Counted from the stretch's first letter, positions 1 through 12,960 are shown. The stretch: 64,000 bases of DNA from Hydrolagus colliei (GCA_035084275.1 CM068752.1:8184001-8248000), one strand, 5' to 3'. The notes: generated by a model from the letters alone, not told the origin. Numbers and translations: made by a program.

Positions 1-150
1 GCGCATTGGAACCCCGATCGGACGAACAAAGGCCGAGTCTTTGCATTTCTGGATTTACATTCGATATTTCCATTTTAAGAGTCGCATTTTGGCAGTATAA
101 CGGTCTAGGGTTATATTTCAGAGTATTTATTTTAAACTCGAACGTATGGA

Positions 151-2625
151 ATGGCGGAGCCCAGCAGCACCGGGATGTTAAACCGCTTGGCGATGTATTT
201 TATCGTCCTACTGTATGTCTGGGACATGGTTTCTGGACAGATTCGGTACACGATCCCCGAGGAACTGGAGCACGGCGCCTTTGTGGGGAATATCGCGGAA
301 GATCTGGGATTAAACCTTCGACAATTATCGGCTCGGGAATTCAGGCTGGTCTCCGAAGATGGGAAACGATACCTAGAGGTAAATCCTGAGAATGGAATTA
401 TTTTCGTCAGTGAAAGAATCGACAGGGAGCGGCTTTGTGAACAGAGCTCTACTTGTTCCCTTTCTTTCGAAGTAATAATCACAAATCCTTTGGAAGTGCA
501 CCGTGTCGCTGTCGAGATACTAGACATTAATGATAATTCACCTAGTTTTCCGAAAAGTGAATTTTTCCTGGAACTCGGTGAATTAATCTCGCCAGGAGCT
601 CGATTCCCTCTTGAGAGCGCGTACGACCCTGACGCAGGCAAAAACGGTATCAGAACGTATCAAATCAGTTCAAATGAATATTTCAATCTGAACTTGCAGG
701 TCACAAGTGATGGTAATAAAATATCCGAGTTGTTGTTAGAAAAAGCATTGGATCGCGAACGGCAGTCAGAATATCATCTAACCCTGACAGCAATTGACGG
801 TGGGGTACCAGAGAGATCTGGCACAGCTAAAATTATTATTAAGGTGGTGGACGCCAATGATAACGCACCTCTATTTGATCATGAACTGTACAAAACGAGT
901 TTACCAGAAAATGCACCTAAAGGTACATTAGTCATCAAAATCAACGCTGCTGATGCAGACGAAGGTACAAATGGCGCAGTTAAATATTTTTTCAGTAATC
1001 ATGCTTCTCAAAGAGTGCGCGAGTTGTTTAGCCTGGAGCCAGAAACAGGCGAGATTAAAGTGAAAGGAGTCCTGGATTTTGAAGAATCAAACGGTTATGA
1101 ACTTGCTGTACAAGCTATGGACAGTGGCGTGCCCGCCATGACCGGACATGCCAAGGTGATTGTGGGAATAGTGGATGTGAATGATAATGCCCCTGAGATA
1201 AAAGTCACCTTATTGTCTAACACGATTCCTGAAAATTCTGAAACCGGAACGCTGATAGCTTTGATCAGTGTCACAGACCGGGATTCGGGTAAAAACGGAG
1301 AGGTTCACTGTCAGATTCCCACCAGCATACCTTTTAAATTACACTCGACTTCCAAGAACCACTACACGTTGGTGAGCAGCGGCATACTGGACCGTGAGGC
1401 TATTTCCATGTACAATATATTAGTATCAGCTTGGGACGGTGGATCGCCGCCTCTTTTGACAAACAAAACAATAATGGTGTCACTTTCTGATGTAAACGAC
1501 AACGCCCCCCGATTTACACAAACCGCATATACTGTTTACGTGACAGAAAACAATGCTCCGGGGGCTGCTATTTTCACAGTTACAGCACTGGATCCTGACT
1601 TGGACCAGAATGGATATGTATCATATTCTGTATTACCAACGCGGGTCAAGGAGATCCCTGTGTCTACTTACATCAGCATCAACTCAAACAAGGGGAATAT
1701 CCACGCGCTACAGTCGTTCGATTACGAGCAGCAAAAGACATTGCAGTTCCAGGTTCAAGCTAAGGATTCTGGAGTTCCTCCTCTTTGGAGCAAATGCACA
1801 GTGAAAGTGATTGTCTTGGATCAAAATGATAATGCCCCAGTGATTGTCTCCCCATTAGCGTGGAATCAGTCAATATCGATTGGGATAAAGTCTCAATCTC
1901 TGTATCCAGGCTACATGGTGACCAAGATAATTGCAACAGATGCCGATTCGGGGCAGAACGCACGGCTTTCTTATCGTCTGGTCAAATCCACCGACTCCAG
2001 TTTATTCATCGTTGGACTCTTTTCCGGAGAAGTCAAAACAATCCGCAGATATTTGGATAAAGATGCGGCAACACAGGTTCTGTCCATTCTGGTGAGCGAC
2101 AATGGACAACCTTCCTTCTCGGCCTCAGTAACTGTTTCTTTCTCAGTAGCCACCAATGCGACTGAAAAACATTTGGAACGTGTTGACTTGGTTCACAGTC
2201 CAGCTACGACTTTTTCCGATCTAAACCTTTATTTGATAATTACTTTCGGCTCAACCACATTGATATTTCTGCTCACCATAATTATGCTGGTCGCTATCAA
2301 ATGTCATCAAGATAGAAATGGTATTCACGAATACAACTCCATACATTGTTGTTGGACTCACAGGAATTTGAGAAGTTCCAGGGATGTATCAATTCGGAAT
2401 CGAGCACCGGCAGAATCTCTAAATTACACTGGAGCCCGGGAAAGAGTTTCCATGCCTGGGGCTTACAATTATAACGTCTGTCTGTCTCCGGAATCAGCAA
2501 AAAGCGACTTTCTCTTTTTAAGTACTTGCAATTCAAACGCTCTGGCGAGTACTATCAAAGTCACTGATAACAACGTGACCAAAGAATTTGGGCAGGAAAG
2601 AGATTTCGGGAACAACAGATATTGA
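151..2625 (+). CDS. Clustered protocadherin variable exon V1 (group A; complete one-exon ORF, stop precedes donor)
   Basis: 824 aa ORF: signal peptide then QIRYTIPEE, EC1 C-x5-C, repeated DRE/DxNDN/AxDxG cadherin motifs, EC6 [10 protein letters not shown], tail YNYNVCLSPESAKSDFLFL. TGA at 2623-2625; donor-like AG|GTGAGA at 2635. Confidence 0.95.
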   Translation: MAEPSSTGMLNRLAMYFIVLLYVWDMVSGQIRYTIPEELEHGAFVGNIAEDLGLNLRQLSAREFRLVSEDGKRYLEVNPENGIIFVSERIDRERLCEQSSTCSLSFEVIITNPLEVHRVAVEILDINDNSPSFPKSEFFLELGELISPGARFPLESAYDPDAGKNGIRTYQISSNEYFNLNLQVTSDGNKISELLLEKALDRERQSEYHLTLTAIDGGVPERSGTAKIIIKVVDANDNAPLFDHELYKTSLPENAPKGTLVIKINAADADEGTNGAVKYFFSNHASQRVRELFSLEPETGEIKVKGVLDFEESNGYELAVQAMDSGVPAMTGHAKVIVGIVDVNDNAPEIKVTLLSNTIPENSETGTLIALISVTDRDSGKNGEVHCQIPTSIPFKLHSTSKNHYTLVSSGILDREAISMYNILVSAWDGGSPPLLTNKTIMVSLSDVNDNAPRFTQTAYTVYVTENNAPGAAIFTVTALDPDLDQNGYVSYSVLPTRVKEIPVSTYISINSNKGNIHALQSFDYEQQKTLQFQVQAKDSGVPPLWSKCTVKVIVLDQNDNAPVIVSPLAWNQSISIGIKSQSLYPGYMVTKIIATDADSGQNARLSYRLVKSTDSSLFIVGLFSGEVKTIRRYLDKDAATQVLSILVSDNGQPSFSASVTVSFSVATNATEKHLERVDLVHSPATTFSDLNLYLIITFGSTTLIFLLTIIMLVAIKCHQDRNGIHEYNSIHCCWTHRNLRSSRDVSIRNRAPAESLNYTGARERVSMPGAYNYNVCLSPESAKSDFLFLSTCNSNALASTIKVTDNNVTKEFGQERDFGNNRY

Positions 2626-3692
2626 TTGGCATAGGTGAGACATTCATTATTAGCCCGTGACAACCTGATTATGGTCATTTCAATTGATATTATAAATTTG
2701 CATTCAACCCCTCGCAGACATACACTTAATGAAGGGTACCAGGTAACCAATTTTGTAATGTAACAAATACTTTAAAAAACAGAGCTTACATTTGACAGTA
2801 CTGTAATGGAAAAAGTGTTAGTCATACCACTGGTTAATGTTCGGGGACCACTTATCGCCAACTCACCCTACATTAGCCAAATGGTCTGTCCTATGCCGCA
2901 ACAGTGATTTTGAAACAATTGTATTTTCACAGAACAGATTATATCCGTGTCTTCTACAATCCTTCCATCTAAAGTAAAATGCAACGAACAATTACTATCA
3001 TTGTTTTGTAATCCGAGAAATTCGGCTGGCGTTTTTTGCCACCTAAAAGTGACAACACAGCATTGTAAAGCTGTTTTAGTCCCAGGTATGATTCTCTATG
3101 CCTTTGTGTTCCAAGACACAATGTTTGAGGCGATGTTTGTGGAGAGGCTCCAATGAGATGTCACGAATTCTGCTTTCCAGGGTCATGCTTGCTGTCTGCG
3201 TCATTGTAGTGGAATAAAGCATTGCTGAGTATTAGGTGATTTAGGCGAATTATTTGTTATTATGATCGTATCATACAATCACGTTGATCATTGGGCAACA
3301 ACATGCGAAATATTCTACAGCCAATTGCTGTTGTTATTGAATAAGTATTGAGGATTCCCAATGAATCTTTCAAATGACACCATTCACAATTACAATGGTC
3401 AATTATTTTTATTACATGCACTAGCCAGGACGATATATTATCTTCAAATACAAACGGTTTTCAAATGACTATGTTGAGGAAGCAGGTATTATTATGGGGA
3501 TAGATTCATATCGCATATCAATATATGGAGTACTTTGTAACGTCAATCATATAAGCCAATGCAAGCAACAATAGAGTTGTTAATACATACGAACTTGTAA
3601 AAAACGAAGGAAGGGATTTTGGTTGCAGGGCAGAAATATACATTTTTCATTAGTATTAACCTTAAAGCAGTTCGCCTTTAAGGGGCGCTCAC

Positions 3693-3734
3693 TGCAATTA
3701 TTGGCCAGGACTCTTTGTGTCGCTGTCTACCAAT
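3693..3734 (+). promoter_or_regulatory. Pcdh promoter conserved sequence element (CSE, CTCF-type) of V2
   Basis: TGCAATTATTGG...CTTTGTGTCGCTGTCTACCAAT; CGCT at 3721, 291 nt upstream of ATG; same motif before every complete variable exon. Confidence 0.9.
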
Positions 3735-4011
3735 GAGGAGAGAAAACGTTCCTGGAGATCTATCGCCCCTCCCACATAGAGGGAGCAGATCAGACAATCG
3801 CCGAGGAAGCTGGCGTTCACTTCAGGCAAAGCAGACAAGCTCCGAGAGTGACCAAAGTCCCCCTTTATTTTGACCATTTCCCACATTTCAATTCAGCATT
3901 GTTGGCACACTCGCGGATGTATTGTAACCCGGACCTTCTGTTGGACACACACACAGCAATTGGTGAGCGATTTGTTGCCTTTGTTCATATCGAAAACTGG
4001 CTGCAGCAAAA

Positions 4012-6444
4012 ATGGCGAATTCGTGCGGCAGAAGTCTAACACCCACCGTGCTTTCACTTGGTTTCCTGCTTTGTGCCTGGGAAGTGTGTGTTGGAGAAAT
4101 TCGCTACTCGATTCCCGAGGAACGGGAACGCGGTACGTTTGTTGGCAACATCGTCCTTGATATTGGACTGAATGTTCGCAGGTTAGCAGCTCGCGAATTC
4201 CGGCTGGTTTCTGATGAGCCAAAGCAATATTTCAAAGTGAATTTAGAAAGCGGCGTTTTGTTTGTGAATGAAAGGATCGACAGGGAAGAGCTGTGCGGGC
4301 AAAGCGATGCCTGCTCCCTGTCTTTTAAGGTAATCGTCAAAAACCCGTTGGAAATATTTCGCGTGGAAGTGGAGATAAATGATATAAACGACAATTCGCC
4401 CGGTTTTCCGAAGAGTGAATTCTCCTTGCGGATCGGGGAATCGATTGCTCCCGGAGCTCGCTTCCCTCTTGAAAGCGCACACGATCCAGATGTGGGGGCA
4501 AACGGCATCAAGTCGTATCGGATCAGTTCGAATCAATACTTTGGCCTAAAAATGCAGGAGGGAAGCGATGGCAGCAAAAGTGCGGATTTGTTGCTGGAGA
4601 GGGCTTTGGATCGCGAACTGGAATCAACCTTTAAGCTGGTTCTGACAGCCATGGACGGTGGAGTTCCAGAACGTTCGGGGACAGCTCACATTACAATTAA
4701 TATCGTGGACGCCAATGATAACGCGCCTTTATTTGACATGCAAGTTTACAGGGCAAGTTTGATTGAAAACTCACCCAAGCGAGCTTTTGTGACCAGAATC
4801 CACGCTACCGATTTGGACCAAGGTGCCAATGCTGAGATACGATATTCCTTCAGCAACCGCGCTTCCAAGAGAGTCCGTGACTTGTTCAGTGTGGACTCGG
4901 AAACTGGAGACATTAACGTTAAAGGTTCACTGGATTTCGAAGAATCAAATGCTTATGAACTTAATGTGGAAGCTACCGACAGTGGCCTCCCAGCTATGAC
5001 AGGATACTCCAGGGTCCTGGTGGAGTTGATTGATGTGAACGATAACGCTCCCGAAGTGAAGCCCACCTTAGTCTCCGGCATGCTCTCAGAGAACACTCCA
5101 GTTGGGACCGTTGTAGCTCTGGTTAGTATAACCGACTCGGATTCTGGAAAAAACGGTAACGTGCGATGTCAAATTCCCACTGACATCCCTTTTAAACTTC
5201 AGTCAGTGGTGAAGCACCACTACGAGTTAATTACAACCGGTGGATTGGACCGTGAAACGAAATCAACGTACAACATCTCTATCATAGCCAGGGATGAAGG
5301 ATCACCGCCACTAACAACAAACAAAACAATATTAGTCACCGTTTCAGATATAAACGATAACTCACCGCGCTTTACGCAATCCCTATACACTGTTTATGTG
5401 ACCGAAAATAACACCCCCGGTACTTCTATATTTCACGTCACGGCTGTAGATGTTGATGCTGAACAGAATGCACATGTGACATATTCTGTCTGGGAGAATC
5501 CGATAGAGGATGTGACGGCGTCCGCTTATATCAGTCTCAGCGCCAACAATGGAGACATTTACGCACTGCAGTCGTTTGACTACGAACAGTTGAAGAGTTT
5601 CCAATTCGAAGTTCGAGCTCAGGATTCCGGAGTCCCCCCGCTGAGCAGCAGAGCGCGAGTGAAAGTTATTGTTTTGGATCAAAATGACAATCCCCCGCTC
5701 GTTGTTTCTCCCCCAACGTGGAATGGCTCCGCCTCGGTGGATGTTGTGCCTCAATCAGTGTATCCGGGCTACCTGGTCACCAAAGTGATTGCAACCGACG
5801 CCGATTCGGGGCAGAACGCACGGCTTTCCTATATGACCACAACCGATTCCGGTTTATTCAGTGTGGGACGCCACTCTGGCGAGATAAGAACAACCCGCAG
5901 AATTCTGGATGAAGACTTAACCACTCAACGTTTGAGTATTCTGATAAAGGACAACGGGCAACCCACTCTCTCCACCTTGGTCACTATTTCTTTCTCAATC
6001 GGTGTCAACGTGACTGAAAAGCCTCTGGAGCGCACCGACGTGCATAGAAAGCCAACCCCATTCTCCCAACTAAATTTGTATTTGATAATTACTTTGGGTG
6101 CAACCTCCTTGATATTCCTCGTGACCATAATCATCCTGTTCGTGATAAAATGCCACCAGGATGGGAATGATATTTACGGGTACGGTTCCACAATTTGCTG
6201 TTGGAGGCACAGGAATCTGAGGAGTTCCCGGGACGTGTCCAATAGACATTCTGCGCAGAACGAATTTCACAATTACCCCGGGGAAAGGGTACCCATTCCC
6301 GGGGCTTACAATTATAACGTGTGTTTGTCTCCCGAGTCAGCGAAGTCTGACTTTTTGTTTTTAAGTACCTGCAACCCAACCATGCCAATGAGCAGTGTGA
6401 AGGCCAACCGTAGCAACTTAAGTCAAGAGGTTTCAGGCCAATAG
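4012..6444 (+). CDS. Clustered protocadherin variable exon V2 (group A, one-exon ORF)
   Basis: 810 aa ORF with 6 EC, TM and the SPESAKSDFLFL tail; TAG at 6442-6444; degenerate donor homolog AA|GTTAGA at 6468. Confidence 0.95.
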   Translation: MANSCGRSLTPTVLSLGFLLCAWEVCVGEIRYSIPEERERGTFVGNIVLDIGLNVRRLAAREFRLVSDEPKQYFKVNLESGVLFVNERIDREELCGQSDACSLSFKVIVKNPLEIFRVEVEINDINDNSPGFPKSEFSLRIGESIAPGARFPLESAHDPDVGANGIKSYRISSNQYFGLKMQEGSDGSKSADLLLERALDRELESTFKLVLTAMDGGVPERSGTAHITINIVDANDNAPLFDMQVYRASLIENSPKRAFVTRIHATDLDQGANAEIRYSFSNRASKRVRDLFSVDSETGDINVKGSLDFEESNAYELNVEATDSGLPAMTGYSRVLVELIDVNDNAPEVKPTLVSGMLSENTPVGTVVALVSITDSDSGKNGNVRCQIPTDIPFKLQSVVKHHYELITTGGLDRETKSTYNISIIARDEGSPPLTTNKTILVTVSDINDNSPRFTQSLYTVYVTENNTPGTSIFHVTAVDVDAEQNAHVTYSVWENPIEDVTASAYISLSANNGDIYALQSFDYEQLKSFQFEVRAQDSGVPPLSSRARVKVIVLDQNDNPPLVVSPPTWNGSASVDVVPQSVYPGYLVTKVIATDADSGQNARLSYMTTTDSGLFSVGRHSGEIRTTRRILDEDLTTQRLSILIKDNGQPTLSTLVTISFSIGVNVTEKPLERTDVHRKPTPFSQLNLYLIITLGATSLIFLVTIIILFVIKCHQDGNDIYGYGSTICCWRHRNLRSSRDVSNRHSAQNEFHNYPGERVPIPGAYNYNVCLSPESAKSDFLFLSTCNPTMPMSSVKANRSNLSQEVSGQ

Positions 6445-7308
6445 TGGGAATTGACTCAATTGGTTAAGTTAGACATTAATACATTAGTTATGTTACGTTT
6501 TAGATTAAATATTATTAACATTAAGTGTCTTTCCACTTTTGTAATATACGCATATGTTTGATGGCCAATTTGCAATGAGGAATATTTTGCTGATATTATA
6601 AACCCAAACCCTATTGTTGTTTCAGGTCCAAGCGAAGGATTTAATTCAGAATTTTATTTGATGATTTTCGTTTGATCTTATTTCATTATTGTGTTAAATT
6701 GCTAATTAAAAAAGGGAAATGGACAAGTGCACGATCTAAAATAATTTTCTATTGTTTCTTACCTTCTTAGCTTTCCTTCATTCTGCTTAATTTTGTCACG
6801 TGTACAAGATTCATCTCATTTACTAGAATTATCTTATTTGGCTACTGTGTTGATACATGTGGAACTTTAATAGAAACCCTGACAAATTAGTTTGTTGCAG
6901 GCATGCTATTCATTCTATGCTGAATAACTTTTCAATCACCTTCAATTCAAAGTGCCGTAAACGATGGTTGTGGTGTGGGAACCCTGGTTAGATATTGTAT
7001 AATTACCCCAGCCCTCAAACGAAACTCATTTCATGCCAAATAACTTCCCACTTTCGATCAGCTAAAACACATAGCCTAGAAAGCAACATATGATTCTACT
7101 TGTCTTCATATATTTGGGGTCATCTCTAAGGTCATTAGAGACAATATCTGAATGGATTATGAGTCCTAAATGAGAAAATAAAATAGGACCTCTTACCAAC
7201 TAAATAAGCCATCAGATCTCCACAATTTACCATGCGATATGTTGGCTACACGACAATATATGATGGCTGATTGAGAATATAGACAGTCTAGCTTTAAATA
7301 ACATTGAG

Positions 7309-7350
7309 TGCAGTTTTGGGGCGTAACAGTTTGTGTCGCTGTCTACCAAT
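7309..7350 (+). promoter_or_regulatory. CSE of V3
   Basis: TGCAGTTTTGG...TTTGTGTCGCTGTCTACCAAT; CGCT at 7337. Confidence 0.9.
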
Positions 7351-7586
7351 AAGAAGCAGAAACGTTCTTGGAGATCCATCAGCCCTCCTCCATCGCCATA
7401 ACGCAGAGCAGAATCAAAGAGACAGCCTGCATTTGCGCCTTGGAGTCTTGATCGGACAAACAAAGGCACAGCCTTGGTATTTGACGAGCTGAATTCGGTA
7501 TTTCTGTATGTTAGTAGTCGCAGTTTACGGCAACAAACATCCCATGATGTGATCTGCATCAGTGTTTTAAAATAGAATTGGAAGGA

Positions 7587-10004
7587 ATGGCGAATTCACG
7601 CAGCGGAGAGATGTTAACTGGTATGGCGATTCAGTTCATTTTCCTGCTGTCTACCTCGGATTTAATATCGGGACTAATTCGGTATTCGATTCCGGAGGAG
7701 ATGGAGCACGGGGCTTTAGTGGGAAATGTTGCTGAAGATTTGGGCCTGAAGGTTTGGGAATTGTCTGGTCGGAAATTTGGATTGGTGTCTGATGAGAGGA
7801 AGCAATATTTTCAGGTAAACTCCGCAAATGGGATTTTGTTTGTGAATGAGAGAATCGATAGAGAGCAGTTGTGTGGACAACGCAATGTGTGTACCATTTC
7901 TTGTCAAGCCATGATGGAAAATCCTTTGCAAACATACCGATTTGAAGTGGAGATCTTAGATATAAACGATAATTCGCCCAGTTTCCCGAAGAGCCGATAT
8001 TCCTTGCAAGTGCCTGAATCATTTGCATCAGGGACGCGCTTCCCTCTCGAGAGCGCGCACGATCCCGACGTGGGTACAAATACAATCAGAATTTACGAGA
8101 TCAGTTCAAATGATCATTTCGTTTTGAATGTAGAAACCACAAGGGATGGGAAGAAGGTGGCTGAATTGGTATTAGAAAAGTCTTTGGACCGAGAGCAGCA
8201 ATCTAATCTTCATCTTACTCTGAAAGCTATAGATGGAGGGGTACCGCAGAGGTCTGGTGTAACACAGATTATAATTGATGTGCTGGATGCTAATGATAAC
8301 GCCCCTGTATTTGACAACGATTTATACAAGGTACGTTTGATGGAAAACCAGCCTAGGGGTACATTGGTAATTAGAATTTACGCTGTTGATGTGGACGAAA
8401 GTTCGAATGGCGAAGTGCGATATTTTTTCAGCAAACACGCTTCGGAAAAAGTGCGTGAAATGTTTAATATAGATCAGGAATCTGGTGAGATTAGAGTTCA
8501 AGGAACAATCGACTTTGAGGAATCGGATGGATATGAATTTTCTGTGGAAGCTACGGATAATGTTCCATTGGCTATGGTAGGCCATTCCAAGGTTATGGTG
8601 GAAATAATTGACGTGAACGACAACGCTCCTGAGATACAGGTTACCGTCCTCTCCAGCACGGTTCCCGAGGACACCGCTCCCGAGACACTGGTAGCTTTAA
8701 TTAGCGTCACAGACCGAGATTCTGGGCGAAACGGAGATGTTCAATGCCAGATTTCAACTAAGGTTCCTTTCAAACTTCAAAAGAATTCCGAGAATCACTA
8801 TAAATTGGTTTCGAGTAATACATTGGATCGTGAAACCAACTCTTTGTACATTATATCAATATCGGCTTGGGACAACGGGTCTCCCCCTCTCTCTGCAAAC
8901 AAATCCATAATGATATTAGTTTCTGATGTAAATGATAACGCACCACAGTTTGAGAAACCTTCATACAATATATATGTGGCAGAAAACAATTTATCCGGCG
9001 CCTCTATTTATGCCATTACCGCCACAGACCCTGATCTGAATCAAAACTCCGACCTCTCATATTCTATCCTGCTCCAGGATTCCGCTGTGTCGTCTTATAT
9101 TAGCATCAACCCAAACAATGGGAATATCCATGCTTTGCGCTCGTTTGACTATGAAGAGCAAAAGAAATTTGAGTTTCAAGTTGAAGCCCGTGATGCTGGG
9201 ATGCCCTCGCTGAGTGGCACCACCAAAGTTCATGTCATTATTCTGGATCAAAACGACAACGCCCCAGTCATTGTGTCGCCTTTAGCGTGGAACGGATCGG
9301 CTGTTGTGGGAGACGTGCATCCCTCAGCCTATCCAGGACACTTGGTCACGAAGGTGGTGGCAACGGATGCCGATTCCGGTCAAAACGCACGACTCTCATA
9401 CCAGGTGATCAAAGCTACAGTTCCCGGTTTGTTCAGTGTGGGGCAGTACTCTGGAGAAATTAGAAACGCCCGCAGTTTTTCAGACCACACTCCAATCACA
9501 CAAAGTCTAGTCATCGTGGTGAAGGACAACGGGCAACCAACCCTCTCGGCCTCTGTGACCATTTTATTTTCAATGGCTGTCAACGTGACAGAAAGACTCT
9601 CTGAGCGTGCTAATTCATACCACGAAAATCCCACCTCCTTCTCCGATCTGAATATTTATTTGATTATTACTTTGGCTTCCACTTCGTTTGTATTTCTGAT
9701 CACCATCGTTATCCTCGTCGTCATCAAATGCCATCAGTCGAGAAATACGACTTATGGCTACAAATCGACTATTTGCTGTTGGAGATTTGGGAATTCACAG
9801 GACAGGTATAATCGTCGACCGATTCGAAGCGATTGCCTGAATTACACAGGAGTTGGAGGACCTGTCGCCATTCCCGGGCCTTATAATTACAGGGTTTCAT
9901 TGTCTCCAGAATCAGCAAAAAGTGATTTTCTGTTTCTGGACACCTGCAATTCAACCATACCCATGAGTACCATTAAAGCCACTGACACGAATGTGACAAA
10001 ATAA
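7587..10004 (+). CDS. Clustered protocadherin variable exon V3 (group A, one-exon ORF)
   Basis: ATG GCG AAT at 7587 (ORF track starts at TTG 7578); 6 EC, TM, SPESAKSDFLFL; TAA at 10002-10004; donor homolog TG|GTGAGG at 10052. Confidence 0.95.
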   Translation: MANSRSGEMLTGMAIQFIFLLSTSDLISGLIRYSIPEEMEHGALVGNVAEDLGLKVWELSGRKFGLVSDERKQYFQVNSANGILFVNERIDREQLCGQRNVCTISCQAMMENPLQTYRFEVEILDINDNSPSFPKSRYSLQVPESFASGTRFPLESAHDPDVGTNTIRIYEISSNDHFVLNVETTRDGKKVAELVLEKSLDREQQSNLHLTLKAIDGGVPQRSGVTQIIIDVLDANDNAPVFDNDLYKVRLMENQPRGTLVIRIYAVDVDESSNGEVRYFFSKHASEKVREMFNIDQESGEIRVQGTIDFEESDGYEFSVEATDNVPLAMVGHSKVMVEIIDVNDNAPEIQVTVLSSTVPEDTAPETLVALISVTDRDSGRNGDVQCQISTKVPFKLQKNSENHYKLVSSNTLDRETNSLYIISISAWDNGSPPLSANKSIMILVSDVNDNAPQFEKPSYNIYVAENNLSGASIYAITATDPDLNQNSDLSYSILLQDSAVSSYISINPNNGNIHALRSFDYEEQKKFEFQVEARDAGMPSLSGTTKVHVIILDQNDNAPVIVSPLAWNGSAVVGDVHPSAYPGHLVTKVVATDADSGQNARLSYQVIKATVPGLFSVGQYSGEIRNARSFSDHTPITQSLVIVVKDNGQPTLSASVTILFSMAVNVTERLSERANSYHENPTSFSDLNIYLIITLASTSFVFLITIVILVVIKCHQSRNTTYGYKSTICCWRFGNSQDRYNRRPIRSDCLNYTGVGGPVAIPGPYNYRVSLSPESAKSDFLFLDTCNSTIPMSTIKATDTNVTK

Positions 10005-12647
10005 TTTTAACAGGAAACGAGGACATGAACAGCAGACACGGGTTAACAATGGTGAGGCATTGATTTCAGAAATGGAATGTAATTGTTGCATACGGTAATT
10101 GCTTTTGTCCCAGGATCTATTTTTAATTAATTTTCTCTCTTTCTAAACTAACATGCATATTTGAGGGTACGTAAAAGACCAGATTATGATTTGACAGGCA
10201 TCTTCCTAAGCTAGGCTAATAGAGTGACATTATAATCAAAAGCTCTCATAATTACAAGTGACATGAAGGAATTGCTTGATTATTTTTACAGGTGCCTTAA
10301 TTATGGATTCCATACTTGTGCTCTAGAGCTTATATCCAGAGCTCAACAAGCTTAACTCCATTCAAACTACTGCTGTTTATGTTTACCACTTTTTATCATT
10401 TTAATGTTTCTATCTTTTTAACTAATAATACCGTAGTTGTCCAATATATGTGCTGTAATAAATTGTACGCAACATATTAACCCTGCAATATTTTTTTCTC
10501 TATATATACTTAAAGCAATCAGGCTCTCCAACGCAAAGAGATGAGAACTATTAATGGACAATTGTGGGAAAATAAGATCCGGTCAAGAAGAAATACATAG
10601 TGGTTTTCCAAGAATACAAAAAGGTTTGAACCAACGACTTGCTGAATATTTTATTGTTTAAATGCTGTAACGTAAATGCTGTAATGCTGTAACTGACTAT
10701 TTTCTCAAAACCTTTCAAGATCCTAAAAATATCTAAAAAGTCGAACACCACTGGAGTATTTTGAAGGATTTGTATTCTCTCGAAGAAAGGGGGATCACTG
10801 ATCACATTGTAAAAACAACATTGTTTGAATATTAGTTATTTTTGTTCACTGTAACATTTGTTTGAAGAACTGAAATACTTTAAAATAGTGAATAATAATT
10901 AATTACTTCATTGTTCAGTTTATATCCAAATGAAAAATCTGCTCAATTAAATCGTGGACTATTTATCCTGCAAAACCAAAAATAGCAAGCATCAGAAATT
11001 TTGAAAATATGCTTATGGAATCACTTGTATATTATATTTAGTTTTAAAATGTTGTAAGCTATTTAGTTGCATTAAGATGACATGATATGGTAACACACAT
11101 TTACTAGAATGATGTACTGTTTGTCTACTAACAATAAGTTTACAGTAACAAATTTCATTCTTGTTCAAGACAAACCATTGGACCCAGAATAATGTTTTGC
11201 TATAATGATATGAACAAGTTTGAAGGTGTAGTTGCTTTGTACAATATCTGTGTTCAACTAACCATATATCATTGCATGAAGTACAACCCAATACATATAA
11301 TGTGGACAAAATCATTATTTTAAATTATATTGTTACGTAATGTTTCTGATAGCAAGAATTACCAAACTGGAAGAAATTGTTGAACAAAAACGTAAGGATG
11401 ACAATGTCATTTGCAACATAATCTCCCATCTTGTCTGTAAAAAATATGAAGTTGTGACAATTCTATTTGTATGCGTAAACATCGTTTTAAATAGGATGTT
11501 GATCGAAAAGCAAATTGAACACGTTGCTGTATTTCCACAATAGTATATTGAAAACACATCTTATTTGTGTCTAGTTCTGTGGCGAGCAATGTCAAAATTC
11601 ATTGGATAATGCATCTTAACTGTAGTAACATTTTGGCAAAGCAGCATTATATTATCTTAGAGCATGTAGATGTTAACCCACAAGAGTTAAACATGTTTAT
11701 ATCTTGTTGTTCAATTATTAACACTTCATCATATTAGTTCCAAATAAATATTTGAAAGTAATCAGATGCAATAGTCACTGGTATTCTCAAGCTAGTTTAA
11801 ATATAAATAATGTAGTAAACACCCTCAGTTATGTCTGACTAGCATTTTTATATGTTTTCTTTGTGTAAATATGTTTTAGGATATTAAACAACATTTTACT
11901 GATACCTTTACGTTGCCTCTCATTTGCATTTAATTTAGACAACTCGTATCTTGACAATTGTTCATCACCCGGCTGATTAAAATATTTATGAACTGAATGT
12001 ATTATACATGATCACTTGAAGGACTCTCCCATTCTCTGTAAGGATATTTGCAGAAGGGCAATTTTGTGGTTAATGTGGTTAATTTTGATAAATCAGTGAC
12101 ACATTAATTGGTACAACAATTACATAAAAGTACAAGAAATGTAAACATGCCACTTCTGGAATAGTAAACGTCATACAGATTCAAAATGTCGGAAATAGAT
12201 GTACACATTTTATCATATTATTAGGAAGCAATGTGTTCGAAAAGTTGCATCCATTTTTTTTTCATTGCAGTGTAATTTGATTTTTTTTAACTATGTGAAT
12301 TTTATTTCCTAGGGTCTCGAGCTGACCTTTTACTTTTTAAAAAAAATTACAAATATAAGTAATGGTTGTTCTGTTACTGAAGTCGTCCATCAAAATTACT
12401 TTGAAACCCAGATAGCAATTCCATTATAGTATATCAATTGCTACATTTTCTATGTAAACTATACCTGATTAATAAAAAGATCTTCTGTTTCAATTTGATG
12501 ATGGAGTTTAAATAGTGAATATAGAAGGGTTTGGGGTTTCAATGTTAGACAGGAACTATTACAATTCATTTCACATATTTTGTTTAGAATGACTGTGGTC
12601 ACTATGAATAATACTGTGACTACAGCCTACCTTTAAGAAATGCTTAT

Positions 12648-12689
12648 TGTAGTTATTGGCCAGTACTCTTTGTGTCGCTGTCTTCCAAT
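12648..12689 (+). promoter_or_regulatory. CSE of V4
   Basis: TGTAGTTATTGG...CTTTGTGTCGCTGTCTTCCAAT; CGCT at 12676. Confidence 0.9.
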
Positions 12690-12960
12690 CAGAAGATAAA
12701 ACGTCATTGGGGATCCATCAGCCCTCCCCCACCGCCATACGCAGAACAGAGTCAAAGAGAAAGGCGAATCATTCCTGCTTTTAAACGGTGGTGCAATGGT
12801 CGGAGAGAGATGTCTTTCCTTTTTGTTTCTTAGTTGATAGAGGGGGCTCATTTCATACAGTCCCCTTCCCTTATAATTGCATTTAGCGTTAGAATCGACC
12901 AGCGATTGCAAATAACCAGCGATGTTTTACACGTTTGCACCGGGGCCGAATACGGGAACA

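Noticed and set aside
6427-6435. Phase-0 GAG|GTTTCA in V2 as a functional donor before the stop
   Set aside because: Poor match to the donor consensus and not at the position homologous to the paralog donors. It cannot be fully excluded without RNA data.
10100-12600. Short ORFs in AT-rich intergenic DNA (also 41800-42340 and 57000-60300)
   Set aside because: No recognisable domains, CSE or splice structure; no Pcdh pseudogene detectable by eye.
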